The notes below the pieces were generated by a model. The model was not told where the DNA came from, did not search any database, and saw nothing but the letters and a program-made list of their open reading frames with translations. Made by a program: the position numbers and the translations under genes. A stretch of DNA of 64,000 nt from the human T2T-CHM13v2.0 reference genome, Homo sapiens: assembly GCF_009914755.1 (NCBI RefSeq), contig NC_060944.1. One strand, given 5' to 3'. Positions 15,760-27,682 of the stretch are shown in pieces (positions within the stretch are counted from its first letter, which is position 1; every line of letters starts with the position of its first letter).

Positions 15760-16134
15760 AGCCCGCACTGCCACCGCTCCTGCCCCAGAAGGTTGTTTAG
15801 TTTCCACGTAGGCAGGTCGCTTTGTGCCTCTGAGTGCGCTGCTGTGTGTTCTCTCTATAGTTCTGTGTCATAAAGCTGTCCTGGCCAGCCTTCAAGCTGG
15901 TGTGGCCACTCTTGATGTGAGGCGTGTCGGTTCCAGGGGGGACATGGGAGGGGCTGCACAGTGGCCCGAGGTCATGCTTGCTTCCACCTGCAGGTGCATT
16001 TGGTCCTTTCCATGGCCAGGAAGCCCTGTGGGCTGCACTTTTTATGCTTGCAGTAACAAGAGACTCCAGAGTCCTCACCGGTGCAGAGTTGGCACATATT
16101 AATTAACTAAAATTCTAATGATCTTGCTACCAGC

Positions 16135-16140
16135 AATAAA
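16135..16140 (+). terminator. RTF2: Proximal polyadenylation signal, RTF2 3' UTR
   Basis: AATAAA about 375 nt after the stop. Confidence 0.55.
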
Positions 16141-16354
16141 TCAAGTAGGCCAAGTGAAACTGGGCTTTAAAAAGGATGGATTTCAAATACACTGTGCCCA
16201 CTAGAAGCTTCGAAGGGCCTCGTCCCTCTGCTACAGCCCTGGGAGGAGCCAGGATCCTTGTTGGTCTAGCTAAATACTGTTAGGGGAGTGTGCCCCATCT
16301 CATCATTTCGAAGATAGCAGAGTCATAGTTGGGCACCCGGTGATTGGGTTCAAA

Positions 16355-16360
16355 AATAAA
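16355..16360 (+). terminator. RTF2: Probable main RTF2 polyadenylation signal
   Basis: AATAAA followed by a GT/T-rich element (ctctgtgtttttatcttttc). Confidence 0.75.
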
Positions 16361-17050
16361 GCTGGTCTGCCTCTTCTCTCCTCTGTGTTTTTATCTTTTC
16401 TACCTTCTGCTCATGCTTGGGTAAGAACATTGCAGCCGTTGCATTGGTGATTACAGGAGTCATTCCATGAAGTCAGAAGAACCCACCCTTCTCTCCTCCA
16501 GCAGATGGTAAAGGGAGAATCGTACCCAAAAAGAGGTGCATTTTATCTGCCTATAAGTTGTGTTGACGTCAATAGCTAGTGAAACTTCTCATGAGACTCC
16601 TAATGAAGAACCAAGAGCCACAGGCCTCTGCGTGGCTTTCTGCACACGGTGGTATGACTGAGATAGTGACTGGTTCTCTATACAGACCCCGGGGCCCTGG
16701 GTTTCCTTCAGAAGCAGAAGGAGCTGTGGGAGGTGAATGGTGGGAGGTGAACAGGCAGGTTCTGTGGGAGACACAGACACGTGGGCAGAACTCCAGGGAG
16801 AGGCCAGCAAGGGAGAACCATGTGTGGCCCTGCTTTTTCTCAAACCCTGTGTGGTTCCCGGCTTCACAGTTGATGGGAAGGTTTGGCCCCAAGGATATTT
16901 TGACATTGTGAGTATAGAGCATTTTAATAAAAATTAAGTGATGCGTTTTTGTCATGGACTTTTCCAGAACAAACCTGGATTAGCCATTTAATTTCCCCAA
17001 TTTTCTATACAGCCAAACTCAACCATTTTCTCATTGTTTTTATTTCCCCC

Positions 17051-17412
<362 letters not shown>

Positions 17413-18172
17413 TAGCCTGAATCAGTTTTATTTTGCATTGAATGTATTGACTGTGTCCAGTTTTTTCTGGTAACTGAGTCACAGCATCCTCAACACAAAA
17501 ATTACAGCATCTCAAAGTCCTCTGCTTTGGGCCTCTCTGAAATAAACAGGCTGTGGGCCTCCCTCCAGCTGCCCTCAGGACCATCCATGCAGGAGGGATC
17601 AGGGTTTCCTTGGAGATTTCTAGCCAGCCTTTAATATTTTGCTAAGGCACCACTCTTCAAGGCTCCTGGCCAGCTTGAGGGAAGAAGGTATCCATGATCT
17701 GTGCTCCTGCTGGGCATGAGGCCTCAATACACCAACGGCTGGGGAGGGCTGATCATTCGCATTATTTTTAGGGCTCACTGAGCAGCCAAGCACTTGACAG
17801 GCTTCTTCCCCTGGGACTCCCCAGCCACCCAGTGCAATGGGAAGATGGCCATCCCCCACTTTATAGGTGAGGTGCCTGAGGCCCAAAGCAGCAAGGCGAA
17901 TGACAGTTCTGCCTGGCCACACCGCACCTTCTCCCCATTCAGTCCGTACCAAATGAAGGAATCAGTGGCGGCTGGGGCAGGCTCCCACCCAGGCGCCGAG
18001 ACCACGGGTTCAGGTGCTGTGCCCAAGAGGAAAGTGGGGCATCTCCTAGCTCTCCCTCCTCCTCCGTCCACCTCCAGGACCCAAGCTGCTTTCCACCAAG
18101 GAGGGAGCTGGGAGGAGAAAATTGAAAAGATGTTGAAATTCTCCAAAATAGCATCTATTCAATTTCCCACAG

Positions 18173-19148
18173 TATCGGAGGAACCAGCCCCCAATATTTC
18201 AATGTAGGTTCTTTTCTCTTTTCCCTAAGCATCGGCCGGTCTGAGAAAGAGTACAAAAGAGAGAAATTTTACAGCTGGGTCTCTGGGGGTGACATCACGT
18301 CAGCAGGTTCTGTGTTGCTCCCGAGCCGCAAAACCAGCAAGCTTTTATTAGCAATTTTCAAAGGGGAGGGAGTGTACGAATAGGTTGTGGGTCACAGAGA
18401 TCACATGCTTCAAAGGCAATAAAATATCACAAGGCAAATGGGGGCAGAGCGAGATCAAAGTCCAGGGCAAAATTAGAATTGCTGATGAGGTTTCATGTCC
18501 CACTGTGCACGCATTGTCATTGATAAACATCTTAACAGGAAACAGGGTTCAAGAACAGACAACCGATCTGACTAGAATTTCACCAGGCTGGAATTTCCCA
18601 ATCCTAGCAAGCCTGGGAGAGCTGCAGGAGACCAGGGCGTATTTCATCCCTTATCTACAACTGCAGAAGACAGACACTCCCAGAGCGGCCATTTTAGAGA
18701 CCTCCCCCTGAGAATGCATTCTTTTCCCAGGGCTGTTCCTTGCTGAGAAAAAGAATTCAGCGATATTTCTCCTATTCGCTTTTGCAAGAAGAGAAATATG
18801 ACTCTGTTCTGCCCGGCCCCGCAGGCAGTCAGACCTTAAGGTTATCTCCCTTGTTCCCTGAAAATTGCTGTTATCCTGTTCTTCTAGGATGCCCAGATTT
18901 CATATTGTTCAAACACGTTTTACAAACAATTTGTACAGATAACGCAATCATCACAGGGTCCTGAGGCGACATACATCCTCAGCTTACGAAGACGACGGAA
19001 TTAAGAGATTCAAGTAAAGACGGGCATAGGAAATTATAAGAGTATTGATTGGGGAAGGAATAAATGTCCATGAAATCTTCACAATTTATGTTCTTCTGCC
19101 GTGGCTTCATCCAGTCCCTCCATTTGGGGTCCCTGACTTCCTGCAACA
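18173..19148 (-). mobile_element. MER11 solo LTR (HERV-K11/HML-8)
   Basis: Minus strand begins TGTTGCAGGAAGTCAGGGACCCC and ends GGGGCTGGTTCCTCCGATA; 6-bp TSD CCACAG at 18167-18172 and 19149-19154. Confidence 0.9.
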
Positions 19149-19485
19149 CCACAGCACTTCATTTCCAACAAATGAAATGAAAGCTGTGCCAAAATGAATG
19201 AAAGAAGTGCCGCCCCACCCCACAGCCCAGACAAGTTTGGCTCAAAGATCTGGTCTGCTTACCCACTGGTCCTGCTCTATTGGAGAGTGCTGTAGACTTT
19301 TGAATACATATAGGAAAAAGTGATTCCCATTATTAAAGACTGAACATTTCCAAATAACAAAATCACATGTGGCAAAACTTGTGAGCATTTCTGTTGTTTG
19401 GGGCCATTCCTGTAAACCACGTCTGTTTGCCCCTTACTGCTCCATCGCACCACAGCCACCAAACTTCCCAGCCGACTTAAGACAC

Positions 19486-19755
19486 GGGCTGACTGAGCAC
19501 TGTGGCTCCCGTCTGCAGTCCCAGCACTTTGGGAGGCTGAGGCAGGAGGACTGCTTGAGCCCAGGAGTTTTGAGACTAGCCTGGGCAACACAGGGAGACC
19601 CTGTCTCTACCAAAAATGAAATAAAAATTATCCAGACCCTGTCTCTACCAAAAACAAAACAAAAAAAAAAACAAAAATTATCGAGGCTGCAGTGAGCCAA
19701 GATCATTCCACTGCACTCCAGTCTGGATGACACAGCAAGACCCTATCTCAAAGAA
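19486..19755 (+). mobile_element. Rearranged AluJ
   Basis: agaccctgtctctaccaaaa is duplicated; the first half of the right arm is missing. Confidence 0.7.
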
Positions 19756-20158
19756 AAGACACAGGCTGTGTATGGACATGGGGGCCTCTGAAAATAATTA
19801 GCCATCCCTCAAAGCTGCTGGAATGGGGAACACTGGGGACAGGGAGCCGCATGATGCCAAGGACAGGCCTCCAAACTGAGGTCACAGGGTGGCCCAAGGC
19901 CCTGGAAATCAGGGCGGCTGCCTCTACAGTGGGTGTAATTCCAGGCAGTAGCTGCCAAGCTGAGTGGGCCCCTGCAAGAAGAGAAGTGCCCGTCTTCTGG
20001 TCAACCTGGAGATTTGCATCTCTCCATCGTGCCCAGTCTCTGGCAGGAAGCCCCACTCCCCAGCCGACACTGCACCATGCTCATGGAGGAAGAAGCTGTG
20101 CAGCACAGCCCAACAGCGTTTTCCCCTTTCGGTTTTCTAGAGTAGTCTTGCAGAACTA

Positions 20159-20461
20159 TTTTTTGGTTTTTTTTTTTTTGAGAGAGTCTCACTCTGTTGC
20201 CCAGGCTGGAGTGCAGTGGCACCACTTCAGCTCACTGCAACCACCGCCTCCTGGATTCAAGCGATTCTCCTGCCTCAGCTCCAGAGTAGCTGAGATTACA
20301 GGTGTGCACCAAAACACCTGGCTAATTTGTTTTTATTTTCAGTGGAGACAAGGTTTCACCATGTTGGTCAGGCTGGCCTCAAACTCTTTGACCTCAGGTG
20401 ATCTGCATGCCTTGGCCTCCCAAAGTGCTGGGATTACAGGCATGAGCCACTGCCCCTGGCC
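20159..20461 (-). mobile_element. AluS with 16-bp TSD TAGTCTTGCAGAACTA
   Basis: TSD at 20143-20158 and 20463-20478. Confidence 0.9.
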
Positions 20462-20890
20462 ATAGTCTTGCAGAACTACTTTGTCACTCCACAGAGATCA
20501 GTAGTTTAAGGCACAGCGAAGGTGCCCAGCTGAACTTTGATTATTTCCTATGCAGCATAAAGTTCTGCTCCTCGGGAGTAAATCTGCAAATCAGAGCCTT
20601 CCTCAGGAAGATAGCTCTACAGATGACCCAGGGGAACAAGTACAAGCCGTGCGTTCCAGCACCCAGGATTTCTTGTTTCATGTCATTTTAAAGAACACAT
20701 GGTTTCGAGTATACTATGGAGTCCTAGGTTTATTCCCAGCCTTGGCCTCAGTTGTCAAGCTAGCTGTTCCTTTTTACTTGGGGGATTCAGCCCCTTCCCA
20801 TTTTACCCACCAACTCTTAATCATCTCCCCTGCTCTACTCAACCATCTTTTTCTGGACACTCTTCCTGCTTCCTGCATAACCTAGTTTAG

Positions 20891-21270
<380 letters not shown>

Positions 21271-21540
21271 TAACCCAGGGTGGGCACACACTGCTACGAT
21301 CAATGATGGTGTGAGGTAATAGTGAGTGGTGGGGACTGTGGAGGGAATATGGCCACCGAAAGGACGGTTTCACTTGGCTGCAGCAGAGAGACTGGTTCCA
21401 TGAGGGTGTGCACTCATTGTTTCTGGACCTCCCATATTTTCAAAGGAAGCCAGAATGTGGAGTTTTAAAGTGAAATGCCCCCCAATATTTAAGTACTGAC
21501 AATTTTTAAAAACAATGTAGGCCAAACAAAACACATAGGT

Positions 21541-21850
21541 GGGCCGGGCGCAGTGGCTCATGCCCGTAATCCCAACACTTTAGGAGGCCGAGGCAGGTGG
21601 ATCACCTGAGGTCGGAAGTTAGAGACCAGCCTGACCAACATGGAGATACCCTGTCTCTACTAAAAATACAAAATTAGCCAAGCGTGATGGTGGATGCCTG
21701 TAATCGCAGCTACTCAGGAGGCTGAGGCAGGAGAATGGCTTGAACTGGGAGGCGGAGGTTGCGGTGAGCTAAGATCATTGCACTCCAGTCTGGGCAACAA
21801 GAGCAAAATTCCGTCCCCAAAAAAAAACAAAAACAAATTTTTTGTTTGTT
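21541..21850 (+). mobile_element. AluS present only in copy A
   Basis: TSD CACATAGGTGG; empty site in copy B at about 30387. Confidence 0.85.
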
Positions 21851-22205
21851 TAGTTTGAGCCACATAGGTGGCTCCAAATTTGTAGGTAGCCTGTGGTTTA
21901 ATATCTTCCTCTCCCGTTTAACTCAGCTCCACGGGGCACATGGCATCTCCCTCTGCTCATCACAATGTCTGGATCAAACAAATGAAAAACAAAAACATGA
22001 TGGCCTCTCCCAGCAAAGCTCCAGGGTTGGAAAGAGTCCCCTGGCAGGGAATTGGCACCCCGTCGTGCCCATCCTCTCTCTCTGACTGCCTGCTGGAAAT
22101 GCCCCCATCTCCCTTTGAGTCCTCCTCCCGGGCAACCCCTGTGACCTGTAACCTCTGTCCTGAAATCATCACAATGGCCAGAGTGGCCTCAGCTCAGGGC
22201 CTCTG

Positions 22206-22213
22206 TGACATCA
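22206..22213 (+). promoter_or_regulatory. CRE-like element TGACATCA in the FAM209A promoter region
   Basis: One mismatch from TGACGTCA, 97 nt upstream of the ATG, identical in FAM209B (30733-30740). Confidence 0.45.
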
Positions 22214-22302
22214 CCAAGGGCCTGGCACCAGGTGCCCAGTCTCCCAGTTGCGAGGGCAAGCAAACCCGTCATGAGCAACTCCCTTCCCCATCTCTGCTCA
22301 CC

Positions 22303-22551
22303 ATGTGGACGCTGAAATCGTCCCTGGTCCTGCTTCTGTGCCTCACCTGCAGCTATGCCTTTATGTTCTCTTCTCTGAGACAGAAAACTAGCGAACCCCA
22401 GGGGAAGGTGCAATACGGAGAGCACTTTCGGATTCGGCAGAATCTACCAGAGCACACCCAAGGCTGGCTTGGGAGCAAATGGCTCTGGCTTCTTTTTGTT
22501 GTTGTGCCGTTTGTGATACTGCAGTGTCAAAGAGACAGTGAGAAGAATAAG
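22303..22551 (+). CDS. FAM209A: FAM209A exon 1 (signal-peptide-like N-terminus and transmembrane segment)
   Basis: caccATG; [19 protein letters not shown]...[14 protein letters not shown]; AAG|gtaagg donor; 83 codons. Confidence 0.93.
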
Positions 22552-23297
22552 GTAAGGATGGCTCCATTTTTTTTACACCATATTGATTCAATCTCAGGAG
22601 TCTCAGGGAAACGGATGTTCTAGTGAGTCTAGACGGCACCGTTGGGTATAATGAACCGACCTCATGGTCCTGGGCAAAGCTGGCAAATTCACTTCCTGAT
22701 GTATCCTTAGTGAAGACAATTGTCCCCAGATCCACAGATACTGGGACAAAGAGTGGAAAGTGACCTCTGCTTACTGGCTCACAGATTTTCTGGTTAGATG
22801 GATTTTTTCAAATGTAGGATAGATTCAAGAACTTATGGTGTGTTTCAGAAAGTCAAAATTATTCACAGGGCCAGATTCACTAGCCCCTGTTTTTTAAATT
22901 CTTGCTAGTGTTTGACTTACTACAAAATCCTGAGCTAAATGGAAATGATATCATTATCCCAACAAAATATGAGACTTGTGCTGAAGAGATAAAGATGTAA
23001 GGTAGTTTGAGCTGGTCCTCAAAGTGACCACAAACAACTCTTTCAGGTAGAAAAGGAAGGGGAGAGAAAGTGCGTTCTCCCCTAGAAAGACCCAGCACTT
23101 CATAATCCTGTGCCCAAACTGATGAGAGCAGGGATCGGCAAACCCTTCCCGTAAAGGGCCAGGGAGGGTGCGAATATCTTCAGCTTTGTGGGCAGTATGG
23201 TCTTCTTGCAACTACTCAAGTCTGCTGTTGTAACACGAACTGTGTCAAAACCAACAAAGTTCACAATATTACTGACCTTGAGTATCTTTCCTGACAG

Positions 23298-23564
23298 GAG
23301 CAGAGTCCTCCTGGCCTTCGAGGCGGCCAACTTCACTCTCCATTAAAGAAAAAAAGAAATGCTTCCCCCAACAAAGACTGTGCATTCAATACCTTAATGG
23401 AACTCGAGGTGGAGCTTATGAAATTTGTGTCCAAAGTGCGGAATCTTAAACGTGCCATGGCAACAGGTAGTGGCAGTAACCTCAGGCTTCGAAAGTCAGA
23501 GATGCCTGCAGATCCATACCATGTCACGATCTGTGAAATATGGGGAGAAGAAAGCTCTAGCTGA
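23298..23564 (+). CDS. FAM209A: FAM209A exon 2 [21 protein letters not shown]...WGEESSS*
   Basis: ctttcctgacag| acceptor; 88 codons plus TGA; 171 aa in total. Confidence 0.93.
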   Translation, partial: EQSPPGLRGGQLHSPLKKKRNASPNKDCAFNTLMELEVELMKFVSKVRNLKRAMATGSGSNLRLRKSEMPADPYHVTICEIWGEESSS

Positions 23565-23621
23565 ATGGATTTGTGTGTCAGGAGAGAAAAAAGTTGAGTG
23601 TTGACAAACTGTATGCAAACT

Positions 23622-23627
23622 AATAAA
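23622..23627 (+). terminator. FAM209A: FAM209A polyadenylation signal
   Basis: AATAAA 57 nt after the stop, with a T-rich stretch downstream. Confidence 0.8.
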
Positions 23628-23875
23628 ACTATTCTGAAGAAAAGAACTTCCATGTTTGAGAGCTTGCTTCTTTTCTTTTTTTCACTAGAAGAAAAAGTGA
23701 ATGGGAGACCAGTAGCCATAGCAGTGATGGTTTTGTTTTTGCCTCTCTCACGTCGTCTAGAGCTGTGGGTGGTGAGAAGAACACCGAAAGCTACATAATA
23801 GTACGTGATGAGCTCGTGCTTCTGTTCAATGGCCGCGGGTGGACGATGGAGCTAGGGAAATCTGGGATAAGATGC

Positions 23876-23888
23876 TGACGTCACTTCC
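23876..23888 (-). promoter_or_regulatory. Overlapping ETS-CRE motif (GGAAGTGACGTCA on the minus strand)
   Basis: Perfect TGACGTCA followed by CTTCC in a locally CpG-rich patch; identical copy at 34242-34254. Confidence 0.55.
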
Positions 23889-24142
23889 ATACAAACTCTC
23901 GCTCTCTATAGCATCTATTTGTGCAAGATGCAGAACTGCTTTTTATCTTTGATTTATTACAAAAGACGGCGTTAATGATAGTTTTAAAATGGTAAAATGA
24001 TTCAATTAGGAGGGGTGTATTCTAGAGTTATCTGATTCTCTCACCACAAGAGTCCTTTCACTCATTCCATGTCAAAGGTTCCGTGTATATTGACTTTTCC
24101 TTCTACCACACTAGCAGTTACATTTGTCAATAATTGGATTTA

Positions 24143-24253
<111 letters not shown>

Positions 24254-24574
24254 TCAAAAGAAAAAAACAAAAAGGAGAGGCCCGGCATGGTGGCTCACAC
24301 CTGTAATCTTAGCCCATTGGGAGGCCGAGGCAGGAGGACTGATTGAGCCTAGGAGTTTGAAACCACCCTGGGCTACATAGTGAGACCCCATCTCTATTAT
24401 TTTAAATTAACAAGAAAACGGAGAAAAATTCATTCATCCTATGCCATTGGAGTTTTGGATACAAGTGTGCTAACCAGGGGCTCCCAGATTAATTGACATG
24501 TTCTTTATCCTACTTATTCAAAATGTGGATATTTTACATGTTACTGTGGCTGATGGCATCTCTGTACATACTTA

Positions 24575-24929
24575 GGTGCTTGCCTAATGGTGATTTCTAT
24601 TTTCCTCTCTCCTACAGTGTTTATTGATTGGAATTCTGCTGTAAGAAGAGCTGTTCCTTCGCCGATGATTGATGGATGGGTTTCTGTATGGACTTACAGG
24701 TGTGTTTTTTTTTTTGGATTATTTTCTGGCTCCACCTTTCCCACCTTTGGCGTTAGGAGCTGCTTCGGGTTGGCACTTGTGTTCTGTGAGCAAGCCCCTT
24801 CCTCTTTTGAGCAATTCCTTACTTTCTGGCAACCCAAGATGCTCCATGCTCATCTGGTTCATTGCCTGCCTTCATCCTGGAATCAGCCACTTCCCCAAGG
24901 GGCCAGGTTCCCTTTCTTGGAGAATGGTG
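24575..24929 (+). repeat. Local duplicate of 45601-45974 (within an old L1M remnant)
   Basis: Long identical runs such as gagcaattccttactttctggcaacccaagatgctccatgctcatctggttcattgcctgccttc. Confidence 0.9.
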
Positions 24930-25221
24930 ACCTGCCCTCCTGCAGCCAGGATCATGACTTATCTTAAAATCCTTCATTTAATTCATCTGCAAAATGTCTC
25001 TTGCCACATGAACTGCAGGCCCACAGGTCCCAGGAATGAGTGCATAGGCATCTCTGGGGCCGGTACCCAGTTGACCAGTGCTGTCACCCTCACAAGCATC
25101 AAAGTCACCCAGGGCGCAAGGAAGACCAAGACCATGAGGCAGGAGGCCATGGCTTCTGCGGCTGCAGCAGAAGCAGGAGAGGGAGGCAGGGCAGACAGCA
25201 GCCCAGATGCCTGGGGCCTCA

Positions 25222-27535
<2,314 letters not shown>

Positions 27536-27682
27536 TCCACTCAACCACCCACCCACCCACACACCCATCCATCCAACCATCCACCCATCCATCCATCCAT
27601 TCATCCATCCACCCACCCACTAACCCATCCATCCATCTACCCACCCACCCATCCACCCTCCCACCCACTCATCCATCCATTC
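27536..27682 (+). repeat. (CCAT/CCAC)n tetranucleotide repeat
   Basis: Seen directly. Confidence 0.9.

Noticed and set aside
20550-20885. Similar 111-aa and 107-aa ORFs in both duplicate copies (28391-28714)
   Set aside because: The similarity follows from the duplication; there is no splice, promoter or homology support and the C-termini differ
21940-22623. 227-aa and 198-aa (30554-31150) single ORFs as whole genes
   Set aside because: Each is FAM209 exon 1 plus upstream open frame and intron read-through; the spliced two-exon model gives the recognised 171-aa proteins
23333-23719. Antisense ORFs over FAM209 exon 2 (also 33734-34150)
   Set aside because: Shadow frames. They are similar only because of the duplication, a T-run indel shifts the frame between copies, and they do not resemble a GCNT glycosyltransferase
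23805-23878. C/D-box snoRNA-like spacing (GTGATGA...CTGA, 74 nt) in both copies
   Set aside because: No canonical terminal stem, no recognisable rRNA or snRNA guide, and not intronic on this strand; the ETS-CRE reading explains the CTGA. A snoscan or Infernal search would settle it
27536-27682. CRISPR-like or coding repeat array
   Set aside because: It is a simple (CCAT/CCAC)n microsatellite with no spacers; no CRISPR, tRNA or rRNA genes were seen anywhere in the window
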